IMG/VR virus record: IMGVR_UViG_3300038530_003085
Coordinates: 123,394-187,393 of that record
DNA: 64,000 nt
Strand: one strand, 5' to 3'
Source: a virus
Taxonomy: Duplodnaviria > Caudoviricetes
Shown here one piece after another: positions 37,639-47,585 of the stretch; the first letter of the stretch is position 1, and each line of letters starts with the position of its first letter. The notes beneath the pieces were generated by a model. That model was given only the letters and a program-made list of their open reading frames with translations, was not told the origin of the DNA and searched no databases. The position numbers and the translations under genes were made by a program.

Positions 37639-39434
37639 TATCTAAGCTTTCCTACGATATCCAATTGTGGAAATTTCAATTCTAATATGGCATTATTTGG
37701 TACAATTAGTTGTGAGCCATCACCTGATGTGTTACTATCAATATCAATTGATGCATTTGAATACGAACCACCGCTCTTGATAAATATTTTAACATTTAAC
37801 ACATCTAAGACTCCCGGCACATCTTTAAGAACCTTATAAATATCACTGATGTATAAAGATTCCCCAATGAAGTGTGTTCGATCATAATTTTCTTTCAGTG
37901 CTTCCAAACAAGAGTCTAAGACACTAAATTTGTCTGATGCTTGTTGTGGGCGCACTATAAATTCGATACCATAATTTAAGATAAACGGATCTAAAATATC
38001 AACGGTATCATTAATCATTCTATATTGATTTAGCCAAGTTTTTAAATTATTTTTGATAACCGAATTCGATTTCAACAGTTTACCATCAGTCCCCTCAGAA
38101 ATGACATAGAAATTTAAGTTTCTTTTTTGTGAGTCTGCATCTCTCTGGACGGATACTCTTTTAACAGAGCCAAATTTCACAGGCATACGGTAAGCTAAAT
38201 TTTCATAATCTGCTTGGGTCACTGCTCTGTTTTGAGTAGGAAACGTATCATAAATTCTTTGTTTAATTTCATCAGATGTTGGAATGCTAACGTCACCTGA
38301 TATTGGCTCTTCATTGCTAACTTCTAGAGAGCTTCTAATTGTTTGCAATGTAGGACTGTTCAAAGTTTGTTGATCAATAAATTCAAAATTAGAAAAAGTG
38401 ACAGAATTGATTTGTCCCGCTGCTACATTAGAATTAATAGGATTATTAGAACGGTAAGTAATGATCAACTCAGTGTTTGTAGGTACAATTCCAAAGCTTT
38501 CATTTTCAGATAATCTACTAGGATCAAAAGTCATGTTTGTTACGTATGTCTTGCCGTATGTATTAACAGCCACATTTTGCGGGTTCTCGACCACATTGTT
38601 TTCATTTAGTCTACCGCTGCCAAATTGTAATGTTATTTGATTTCTATTAGTTTGAGTTATAAACTTTCTTGATACAAGATATGGCTTAATAATTGATGGA
38701 ACATTATCATTTTTAAAATTAGGGTTTGATATTTCTTTAAAAATTACATCTTGTGCCAAAAAGTCAACTTCGTAATATTGATTACCTTCTGAGTCATAGA
38801 CGGAGATAATCTCAGATACATTATCTGCATTTAAGGTTACTCTCTTAAATTTTTCAAATGCACCTACAGTAATTCTCTCTTGTCCAAATTGTCCAGACAC
38901 TACATTTCCATATGCTTTAACTGCATAGAATGTTGGTGCGCCTGTCACCGAGTCATTTCTAGCAACAACAAATACATTCTTTGTGCTAGCAAAATCAATG
39001 TTTTCTGTGAGAATGAAACTTAAATTGTTAGTAGAGGAAAAGGTTGTGCCTCTTTTAAGTATAGGCAAGTAAGTTTCATCAGGACCAATACCACTTGGAG
39101 ACGCTGGCACAATTAAATACATTGCAACAGTACCATATGTTGATGGTCGGCCTTCAAATTTGTACCCAAGAGCACGGCCATGGCGAACGATATTACTAAA
39201 TTGAAACGCTGTATCAAGGAAGGACTCGTTAACATTATAATCCATATAGAAGGACAACTGATCACCAACGTATGAAACAGCGTCTATCATCATAGAACCA
39301 AACGAGCCTTCACTAAAGTCTTGGAATGTATCTGGATAAAATCTTTCAGCTATATCTAGTAAATCGCTTTGAATACTAGAAAATTCTCTACTTGTATAAT
39401 CAATCGGTAGAAGGTCTTTTTGTTTTTTCGCCAT
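37638..39434 (-). CDS. Baseplate wedge protein (baseplate J / T4 gp6-like)
   Basis: DYTSREFSSI, DFSEGSFG, ESFLDTA, LGYK and QNRAVTQADY motifs. Confidence 0.88.
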   Translation of the reverse strand: MAKKQKDLLPIDYTSREFSSIQSDLLDIAERFYPDTFQDFSEGSFGSMMIDAVSYVGDQLSFYMDYNVNESFLDTAFQFSNIVRHGRALGYKFEGRPSTYGTVAMYLIVPASPSGIGPDETYLPILKRGTTFSSTNNLSFILTENIDFASTKNVFVVARNDSVTGAPTFYAVKAYGNVVSGQFGQERITVGAFEKFKRVTLNADNVSEIISVYDSEGNQYYEVDFLAQDVIFKEISNPNFKNDNVPSIIKPYLVSRKFITQTNRNQITLQFGSGRLNENNVVENPQNVAVNTYGKTYVTNMTFDPSRLSENESFGIVPTNTELIITYRSNNPINSNVAAGQINSVTFSNFEFIDQQTLNSPTLQTIRSSLEVSNEEPISGDVSIPTSDEIKQRIYDTFPTQNRAVTQADYENLAYRMPVKFGSVKRVSVQRDADSQKRNLNFYVISEGTDGKLLKSNSVIKNNLKTWLNQYRMINDTVDILDPFILNYGIEFIVRPQQASDKFSVLDSCLEALKENYDRTHFIGESLYISDIYKVLKDVPGVLDVLNVKIFIKSGGSYSNASIDIDSNTSGDGSQLIVPNNAILELKFPQLDIVGKLR

Positions 39435-39448
39435 TATTATTCCTCAGT

Positions 39449-39817
39449 CTAAATAGTAAATTCAAGCAAATCTCTCACATTGATATCAGGTATAGAATAT
39501 ACTATTTTAATTATTAATGCATTTGGATTGGTTTCGGAGGGTACAAATGCTAATTCTATAATATTGACAACTGGTATATAGATCGAAGCCTGCTCTATAA
39601 TTTCATTTTCAATTCTAGCAAATGTTGCTTCATCAAAATTACTGAATAAAAATCTTTTCATCCCCACGCCATATTCGGGGATCATCACGCGCTCACCTTT
39701 ATTAGTTAAAAGCAGCATTTTAAAATTTTGCTTTATTAATTGTCTAAAAGATTTAATGGTTTTAAAACCATCAGAACTATCTTTTACAAGCGGTAATTTT
39801 ATTGCTAACGATGACAT
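39449..39817 (-). CDS. Baseplate wedge subunit gp25/GPW-like
   Basis: LLLTNKGERVMIPEYG motif; directly upstream of baseplate J. Confidence 0.9.
   Translation of the reverse strand: MSSLAIKLPLVKDSSDGFKTIKSFRQLIKQNFKMLLLTNKGERVMIPEYGVGMKRFLFSNFDEATFARIENEIIEQASIYIPVVNIIELAFVPSETNPNALIIKIVYSIPDINVRDLLEFTI
39450..39457 (-). promoter_or_regulatory. Putative late promoter motif ACTATTTA
   Basis: Overlaps the gp25 stop, 16 nt upstream of the baseplate J start; the variant AATATTTA at 39837-39844 precedes gp25. Confidence 0.4.
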
Positions 39818-39845
39818 TTCTTAAATCTCACTTATATAAATATTA

Positions 39846-42800
39846 TCAATCAGGTTTTTTGCAGAGTTCACCCTTGTTATTAAATGGATTTGGTTTAAGT
39901 TTTCTGCGCTTAAACCATGGTAATAGGTTACCTCCAGTTAGGGGCTTGAATCTTTTAGCCGTTAGCGATATAAACTGATCACCGGGTGAGGCATCATCTG
40001 CATCTTCAACTTCAAACTTTCTCTTAGTGTAGTATGGTTTAAATATTTTCTTTGTTCTTTTGACTGATTTTCTTAATAAGATTTGATCCCAATCGTCCCA
40101 TTTTCTAAAGAACGGACTTGCAAATAATCCATTTCTATTTGCTTCGTGAGCCCAACCTTCTGTATAATCTACTTCACCTGTTTTAACATCTACACGGACA
40201 CCGGGCTTGGCGTTGGCATTTGGACTATTGTAAGTTTTAGTTTCGCCGGTAGCTCTTGCAACTGTATATTCTCCAATTGATGGCATAAATGCTATATCAG
40301 TATAAATCGCATACATAGACAAAGCTTTTTTGATTGAGCAAATATAGTCAACAGTCATTCTAAACTTTTCATCGTCTCTAAGATTATCAATTAAGCAAAG
40401 CAATAACTTGCTATTGGCTCGGGGCCCAGTATATTCGTTTACAGGTAGGTCTAGAGCGTCGAGTCTTACTTCCGTAATTGGCACTTCACTACCACCGCTT
40501 AGAACTCCAAATTCTAATACACTTTGTACGCCGATGTTCCCATCAAGACCGTAAGGTTTTCCAATGGCACTGGTTAAAAGTCGTAAGCTACCCGGATAGT
40601 GATTTGAAACATTGCCAACTTTTTTACTTCTTATCAAATTTTCAGCATCTTCAACAGTATATTCGTCGCCATCAATAAGAACATATTTTTTCAAATAGAA
40701 TGATTTATCGGCCGCAGGATCAACAATATTGCTGATATCTCCAATCGGTGCAACATTACCATCGGGATCTTTTCCTTTGACTATCACATTATTTCCAAAG
40801 GGAGCCAATACATCGTGCATATCATCAACATGATACTCGCCAACCATAAAGACTGTGTTGCCATTTTCATCAATATGCACGTGATAATCACCAACGTATG
40901 GCTCACCGTTAGGTAAAGCAAATAAGTTACCAGTTGTATAACCGCTACCAATTGCAATGGCTTCATTCACTTCTGTGTTATCAACATCTTCAACAAAAGA
41001 AACAACTTTTTGCATATTGAGTCCTTCACCATTGGCACACAAGGATTGTAAGAAGTAGAAGTCAGTATCAGTAACCGCAGTGACGAATCCTGATTTTTTT
41101 AAGTTTTCTTTAAAAAGTTTAGAAATAAAATTTAGTTGCTCTTTTACTAGCTCAGTTAAAATTAATTTTGATTCATCTTCAACTTGTTGAATAGCTTCTA
41201 AATTCTTCTCTTCTCTAAAACTCTTAAGTGATTGAAAATTTGCTTTTTCTTCAGATGGGGCATCTTTAAAATCATCTCGATCGGGATAGTTGTAATTTTC
41301 TTGTAATCTGTTTATTTTTTCTATAGCTTCCTGAACATATACTGGAACATCATCCGGTGTAAATGTATCATCCAAGTCATCATCTAATTTTCTACTATAA
41401 AGTTGCACTGCTTGTTCAAGGAACGCATACCAAAATTCATCGTCCTTAAATGGATTCAAAAAATTGCCGCCTGATTCTTTACAAGCCTCTTCAATATTTT
41501 CTATAATATATGAGGCGTAAATATTGCTGTAGTTATCAGGAAATTTTGTTTCAAAAGTAGCAAACACGGGCAATGACTTTATAAAATGAGTACTAACAAA
41601 TATTCTAATTAAACCAGTTATTAAGCCTTCTAGTCCTGCACGAGATGGGCGGCTTAAAATTCTGTTAAATGGAACTTCAGTAATACAATCAGGATCTGTT
41701 TTAAGTCGATCATCTTCGGGTATTCTTCTATAAGCTGAATCAATTTGATTTTGTATATCATCAAATGCAATTAGGTTTGTATCTCTAGGCTTACAAGGTG
41801 AATAATCAGGGAACATAACATTGATAGCGCCAAGCCAACCTTTGTTTGCAAGTGGTTTTATGTACAATGAAGGAGATTTATAACTTTGCCCAAACTGAGT
41901 GGGATTTAAATAAAAGACTCTAGTTTTTTCTGGAGTGCCGGCTACTTCCATATCGTGTTGATTACGACTGATACCAAGTAACAAGTCTTCATTGTTAGGG
42001 CGCCGCCAACCATTACGGACTAATCTAACTTCACCTTCATCGTTTTCTTCTTCCTCAAAATTGGGTATGTACAAATCATCGTATGGGCAAAAGCCACCAA
42101 GCGTCACATCAGTCCCCTGATAAACACCAGCAGGACTAGGATCCCAATATTCTTCAGTCATTGTAACACCATAGTCAATATCAGCCTCTGACAAATCATC
42201 AAATTCAGCGCCGTACAGCCAAACTCTATACAAGTCGTCGGGATCGCCGATAGTTTGCCTAATAGTATTATAAAGAGCAGAATTAATTTCATTAGAAATA
42301 CTGCTAGCTGCAGCATCACCAAGACCAGTAATATCAGCAAGAGCTAATACTTGAGGTGCGACGGGAGATCGGCCGGCGTTGAAAGAACTAAACAATAAAG
42401 GATAAGTGCTCTCGTTGATATCGATATTGTCTAATGAATTATCAACAGCAAAAAATTCATACTTCAGGTATCCTGTAATATCATCTGTTGTGCCTATATC
42501 AGACTCGCCTCCCTCTTCTGCTTGTTCTAATTTTTCTTCAACTGATGAGCTAGTTTTTGCTTTTTCATTGATGTATTCTCTAATTTGAACTCTTACATTA
42601 TCATTTGGTATGTTAAAAAATCCAGATTTTAATTCTGTATCGTACTCAGCAATGTCAGAATAGAACGCTTTTAAATCAAAGCCATAAGCCCAATGACCAT
42701 CGGTTGGTCTATATCCCTTTGAATTATCTCTAAATTTTAAAGTTACATCTGGGTTCTTTTTTCTCGCCGCTTTTGTGATTTCAACAACATCTTGTTCATA

Positions 42801-45800
42801 ATCAACTTTATAAGATACATTATAGCCAAAATCTGTCATCTCTGTCAAGTTAACATCAGTGTCAAACAAACCTTCAAAACCCAAGACTCCAAATGATCTA
42901 GTAAATTTTTCAGCTTGTTGAACATCATTAGTAGCACTAAATGTCACTATACCAAGGTCAGTTGCACCGTTTGTCTGATTGAATTGATACTTAAGCCACT
43001 CGGCCATATAATACGGATACGCACCTCTTTGACGTGACACTCTGGAAAAATCTCCTAATTCTGCATCATCATCATCATCAACATAGAAGTTAACAAACCT
43101 ACTACTATTGAAAGTTTTTCTTTGGTGCGCGGTATAAGGATTGCCCATAGTATCAGAGAGGATCATGTTCATAAATCCCCAGTCATCATCGCTAGCAAAC
43201 AACCCCCCGTTACCAAGCATATCATCAGTATAGGCAATCTTTAGACTATCCATATCGGCGCTTAAAGCCGCTGTGGCAGTCTTGATGGATTCTTCAGGCT
43301 CGAATGGTAGCAATCCATTTTCGCAGCCCGGGTCAGAAAATATAGGCGGCATAGCGTTTTCTATAGTCGAGCTAATACCATCATTCAATATTTGTCCTAA
43401 ATCATTTGTGTCTTCTAATACTCTCTGCAGTGCAAGATCAGTTTGCTCTTTTGCTTGCTTAGGGGTCATCCTGCCTTCTAACAAGGACTCACGCACGGCA
43501 TAAAAGTCTTCTAATGCTTCTGGTGTAGCACACAATGTTGGGTTCATTGGTGAATCAGGGCTGTCGGCTCCTATTGAAAGCCCAAGTTTAATTTCATCTT
43601 TAACTGCTTCTGGAATAATATTACCCATATTTTTAAACATAGTTTCAATACTAGTATCATTAGACAAAGCATCTCTAAACTCTGTGTATTCATTATCAAG
43701 AAGGCCGTTAACAATTTCAATTTGTGCTCTGCTTGGTCCTTCCATTAATAGTCTAAGGGATTCGTCTCTTGTTGAGCTATTGACAATATCACCAAAGAAT
43801 GAAATAGTTCTTTCTGGATTAGCAAACGCTGCTGCTCCCACGCCAAAGTTTTCAGCAAGTGCAAGCACTGTAGCTTTTACTTCTTCATCAGTTGCAGACT
43901 CACCACATATTGTATCTCTTATAATACCTAATATGTCAGTATTGCCTGTCAGTAAACCAGCACCAATCTGACCAACAGTTTCTAGCAATTTGCATATTGC
44001 ATCACCAATAATTTCACATATTTTTGCCATTATCAAAATTATGACACGCATGATTATGCAAATGACTAATTTTACAAGGGCCTCAAATATTGCTGATAAT
44101 ATGTCACTTAATTTCGGAATATATAAAAACGGGTTTTCCCATTTAGGAAAATCAAGTGGATTAATATTTCGACAGAATGGTAATTGAATGCTCTTGAAAA
44201 AATCCTCAAAACCGGGATTAAACAATGGCGGTGTCGGACAATCTAAAAGAGCAATCACTGAAGCAATAAGTTGAGCGCCCGGAAATCTATTTAGAGCGTC
44301 CAACAATTCTAAATAATTATCTTGATACACTTCCATAAGAGCTTCGATATAAGCATCAATTATAATATTGTTAACTTGAAAATCTTCACCAACCGGTTCT
44401 TTTAATTTTTGACCAATTGTCCTTCTTTCGGGCTGGCTATATGATGCAGGTGTTGCATTATTAGAACTTTTTAAATTACCATAGTTGTCTCTACGCTTAT
44501 TTTTGTTTGACGCCTCAACATACTTCTTGTCTTTCCAAGGTTTTTTGCGTTTCAAATTTTGTAAAGCAATTCTATTAGGGCCATTATTTTGCCCTGCTAG
44601 TGCATCTGAAGTTGTTTGTCCGGGAGAGCCATTTGAAAATATATTTCCAGATTCTAATTTTCTCTCTACCGCTGCTTCCAGTTCTCTTTGTTTCTCGGGA
44701 GGTAAGCCAACAAATAACTCACCGATTTCTTCGACACCCATTGCTTTTAGCGCGGCTCTTATTATTGAGGCTAGTGCTTGCTCAAGTGTCAAGCCTTTAA
44801 ATAAGCATTGTAATGCTTCTAAGAGTAAATCTAAGAAACCACACTGACCTATTCGATCTAAACCTTTTGCATACATTTCATCTAATTGTTGCAAAGGCGA
44901 TAGTCCGCACCCAACTCCACTTAGACCACCTGATATCATTCTAAAGCATAATTGTGTGAACACAGAGTCTTCTGCATTAATAGTGTCAAACGCTTGGCTT
45001 TTAGCTAAACTATAGACATCTGACGGGTTGTTTGGTGAATTGGCGCCAAGATTTAATCCTTTAAGAATAGATTCTTCATTTACTTTAGCCGGCGTTGTTT
45101 GACACAAGTTTTTATGAAATCTATATGCAATTGCATCAGCTAAACTAAAGACCTCATCAAATATATCTTGACCAAGTTCTTTTCCATCCTCTAATAAAGC
45201 ATCAGTAATACATGATGCTATAGTTTCTGAGGAGCGGCCGCCAACATTTGGTCCTTCTTGTACAAAAACTTTAGGGTATGTATGCTTAACAATAAACTCT
45301 TCAAAAGGCATTGGCACCCGAGCTTCCAAATCACTTTCAATTTTTTTCATTTTAGAAAAATAAGCAACAGCAGTTGGGTCTCTCCAAGCATCAGTGTTAG
45401 ATAATGCCCTAACATAATTTTTACCATATACCTTATCAGGACGATCTGAGCCACAACCAACTGTATACACTTTTAATTTTTTCAACTTGTATTCTGGTGT
45501 TAGTATGAAGTCAAGCTTAGTAACAGTTTCTTTTCCTAAACCACTAAATGTATTTCCAATGTTTGTTATGTTATACCCACGACCATTTAAGAATTTATCA
45601 ACTTCTCTGATCAGTTCACCTATTAAGGATTTTTTTGTGAAAAAGGCAGTGTCACCGTAGGGATCTAAATCAAATATTTTATTTGATTCCTCAAATCTTA
45701 TTATTTTCCCTTCTATTGCACGTGCAACCCTAGCAAATCTATCATATAAGTTGAGCCCTTTTCTAACAGTTATGCTGGTAGAGAGCATCTCACTTGCTTC

Positions 45801-46391
45801 ATAAGTGACAGTGATATCAGAACCTTTTTCCTCATCTTCTTCGTCTTCAGTTGAAGTAGCATCTGGTAAAGAAAAAATCTGTTGAAAGTCTACAGAATAC
45901 AATAATTTCAAATATGAGTTTTGTCTGTAACTTAAGTCATACGAAGTGTACTCTAGTGAATTTAGTACCTCTTGTACAATTCCTTCAGCATCGTCCTTTT
46001 CAAATCCTCTTAATAGAAAAATAACTGCATCTCTTGCATATTTTTTAAATATGTCTTGAAGTGCTTGATCAGCCTGTTCATCAGTCATGCCCTCAACAAA
46101 ACCAGTATTTGTCTCAGTGGTCCTAAATGTAATCTGATATTTGCATATTTTTTCATTTAGGAAAGGTGTATCTTGATTTTTCTTAGTCCAATCAATTGAA
46201 ATTGCTTTAGGGTTTGGTACACAATCCTTACATACCTGTTGAGATGGCACAACTTCGATATCGCAAACATCAGGTAATTTATCACCATTAGGATCTTGAA
46301 ACTTAAGAAATGGTGATTGCCCTTCTTTGGCAAGTTTTTGTTCTTCTGCTGGTACTAATGTTGGATTTGAATCTCGTTTTCTCTCTGCCAT
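39846..46391 (-). CDS. Very large baseplate/tail-associated protein
   Basis: 2181 aa between the spike-like gene and gp25; Cys-studded helical region with a hydrophobic stretch; GEPYVGDYHVH motif. Confidence 0.6.
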   Translation of the reverse strand: MAERKRDSNPTLVPAEEQKLAKEGQSPFLKFQDPNGDKLPDVCDIEVVPSQQVCKDCVPNPKAISIDWTKKNQDTPFLNEKICKYQITFRTTETNTGFVEGMTDEQADQALQDIFKKYARDAVIFLLRGFEKDDAEGIVQEVLNSLEYTSYDLSYRQNSYLKLLYSVDFQQIFSLPDATSTEDEEDEEKGSDITVTYEASEMLSTSITVRKGLNLYDRFARVARAIEGKIIRFEESNKIFDLDPYGDTAFFTKKSLIGELIREVDKFLNGRGYNITNIGNTFSGLGKETVTKLDFILTPEYKLKKLKVYTVGCGSDRPDKVYGKNYVRALSNTDAWRDPTAVAYFSKMKKIESDLEARVPMPFEEFIVKHTYPKVFVQEGPNVGGRSSETIASCITDALLEDGKELGQDIFDEVFSLADAIAYRFHKNLCQTTPAKVNEESILKGLNLGANSPNNPSDVYSLAKSQAFDTINAEDSVFTQLCFRMISGGLSGVGCGLSPLQQLDEMYAKGLDRIGQCGFLDLLLEALQCLFKGLTLEQALASIIRAALKAMGVEEIGELFVGLPPEKQRELEAAVERKLESGNIFSNGSPGQTTSDALAGQNNGPNRIALQNLKRKKPWKDKKYVEASNKNKRRDNYGNLKSSNNATPASYSQPERRTIGQKLKEPVGEDFQVNNIIIDAYIEALMEVYQDNYLELLDALNRFPGAQLIASVIALLDCPTPPLFNPGFEDFFKSIQLPFCRNINPLDFPKWENPFLYIPKLSDILSAIFEALVKLVICIIMRVIILIMAKICEIIGDAICKLLETVGQIGAGLLTGNTDILGIIRDTICGESATDEEVKATVLALAENFGVGAAAFANPERTISFFGDIVNSSTRDESLRLLMEGPSRAQIEIVNGLLDNEYTEFRDALSNDTSIETMFKNMGNIIPEAVKDEIKLGLSIGADSPDSPMNPTLCATPEALEDFYAVRESLLEGRMTPKQAKEQTDLALQRVLEDTNDLGQILNDGISSTIENAMPPIFSDPGCENGLLPFEPEESIKTATAALSADMDSLKIAYTDDMLGNGGLFASDDDWGFMNMILSDTMGNPYTAHQRKTFNSSRFVNFYVDDDDDAELGDFSRVSRQRGAYPYYMAEWLKYQFNQTNGATDLGIVTFSATNDVQQAEKFTRSFGVLGFEGLFDTDVNLTEMTDFGYNVSYKVDYEQDVVEITKAARKKNPDVTLKFRDNSKGYRPTDGHWAYGFDLKAFYSDIAEYDTELKSGFFNIPNDNVRVQIREYINEKAKTSSSVEEKLEQAEEGGESDIGTTDDITGYLKYEFFAVDNSLDNIDINESTYPLLFSSFNAGRSPVAPQVLALADITGLGDAAASSISNEINSALYNTIRQTIGDPDDLYRVWLYGAEFDDLSEADIDYGVTMTEEYWDPSPAGVYQGTDVTLGGFCPYDDLYIPNFEEEENDEGEVRLVRNGWRRPNNEDLLLGISRNQHDMEVAGTPEKTRVFYLNPTQFGQSYKSPSLYIKPLANKGWLGAINVMFPDYSPCKPRDTNLIAFDDIQNQIDSAYRRIPEDDRLKTDPDCITEVPFNRILSRPSRAGLEGLITGLIRIFVSTHFIKSLPVFATFETKFPDNYSNIYASYIIENIEEACKESGGNFLNPFKDDEFWYAFLEQAVQLYSRKLDDDLDDTFTPDDVPVYVQEAIEKINRLQENYNYPDRDDFKDAPSEEKANFQSLKSFREEKNLEAIQQVEDESKLILTELVKEQLNFISKLFKENLKKSGFVTAVTDTDFYFLQSLCANGEGLNMQKVVSFVEDVDNTEVNEAIAIGSGYTTGNLFALPNGEPYVGDYHVHIDENGNTVFMVGEYHVDDMHDVLAPFGNNVIVKGKDPDGNVAPIGDISNIVDPAADKSFYLKKYVLIDGDEYTVEDAENLIRSKKVGNVSNHYPGSLRLLTSAIGKPYGLDGNIGVQSVLEFGVLSGGSEVPITEVRLDALDLPVNEYTGPRANSKLLLCLIDNLRDDEKFRMTVDYICSIKKALSMYAIYTDIAFMPSIGEYTVARATGETKTYNSPNANAKPGVRVDVKTGEVDYTEGWAHEANRNGLFASPFFRKWDDWDQILLRKSVKRTKKIFKPYYTKRKFEVEDADDASPGDQFISLTAKRFKPLTGGNLLPWFKRRKLKPNPFNNKGELCKKPD

Positions 46392-46398
46392 TTTACAC

Positions 46399-47568
46399 CT
46401 ATGTTATATTAACATTCCTACTGCAAATATATTTATACCCGAACGGATATAAATAGTTGAATTCCCACATATTTTTGTTTACTCTTGTGTGATAAAGAGA
46501 ATTCATTACAAAAGCTATCTGGGCAGTTGTTGCAGCCGCTGCGCCGGCTGGTACCCACGGCCTAAAGGGATCTGCCCCTAGAACACCATTGAAGGCGACT
46601 TGCGTTAATGTGAGAGTATAAAGCGCGCTCCACATTTCATCGATAACTTCACCTAAATCTCTTAATGCGTCTCTGGTGAGATAACCTTTGACTGCGGGTT
46701 GAAGATTAGGTATCCTCTCGACCGGCTTGAATAAGCCACCCCAAACTTTTCTGTCGCTAGTATTATTACCAGCTATAAGATCAATGGTAGGTGCAGGTTG
46801 TCCAATCTTGCCACCTAGCGAATTGGTCTCACCTTTTTGCCCATAACCAGATACACCATCTGCTCTACCGGTGACAATTTTGATACCTTCGCGACCGATG
46901 ACACGCACAGCATCTGCTTTGATTGCTATACCTGAACGTCCTACCGACTGCTCAGTATTTGTTTCTGCAAGACCAAAATTTTTATCTATATCTGTTAATT
47001 GGCTAATGTAGATGCGTGCAGCGTCTGCGAAGAATGAATTGTCAACAAATGTGCCTTGTTTTGGCCCTTCGCCGCCTTTAGCAGATGCCATTCGCCCTAC
47101 GACAAGATCAATAGAATTAGCTCGGTCAGAGCCTTTTGCTCCATAACCAGACTCTGTTCCTTGTGGCCTGTCTGTGCCTAAGACAATGTAAGAACCTTCA
47201 TTTTCAAAAACAAGCTCGTTATGAGCTTTTTTGAAGTTTAATGTTCTATTTGTTAACGGGGTATGAAAAATTCCATTCTGTGAATTATTAACCGTTTCAC
47301 CATTATCAAGTTTTTGTTGAATTGTTTCTGCCAAAGGGTTTTCTGGAATTTGTTCTGAATCAAAACCAGCACGATTATAATCTTCTCCAGTGACCTGACT
47401 GCTAATGCCGGCAGTTTTATCAACGGGTAAGACAGTTTTTTGAGCATTCTCGTCAAGGCCGGGCCCATACACCTGATCACGATTCCCACCCTTGGCGCCA
47501 CCGTGTATTCTGTCTGCTGTGTTTTTTCTTTGTTTATTCTTATAGAGGCGTTGTTCTTTCTTGCTCAT
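46399..47568 (-). CDS. Putative baseplate spike/hub protein (gp5 C-terminal-like)
   Basis: IVLGTDR, IDLVVGR, ARIYISQ, IAIKADAVRVIGR beta-strand series; position upstream of gp25. Confidence 0.5.
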   Translation of the reverse strand: MSKKEQRLYKNKQRKNTADRIHGGAKGGNRDQVYGPGLDENAQKTVLPVDKTAGISSQVTGEDYNRAGFDSEQIPENPLAETIQQKLDNGETVNNSQNGIFHTPLTNRTLNFKKAHNELVFENEGSYIVLGTDRPQGTESGYGAKGSDRANSIDLVVGRMASAKGGEGPKQGTFVDNSFFADAARIYISQLTDIDKNFGLAETNTEQSVGRSGIAIKADAVRVIGREGIKIVTGRADGVSGYGQKGETNSLGGKIGQPAPTIDLIAGNNTSDRKVWGGLFKPVERIPNLQPAVKGYLTRDALRDLGEVIDEMWSALYTLTLTQVAFNGVLGADPFRPWVPAGAAAATTAQIAFVMNSLYHTRVNKNMWEFNYLYPFGYKYICSRNVNIT

Positions 47569-47585
47569 ATTTAACCCTGATTAAT

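Noticed and set aside
43064-43080. (CAT)n microsatellite
   Set aside because: It encodes a short in-frame poly-Asp run, with no evidence of phase variation.
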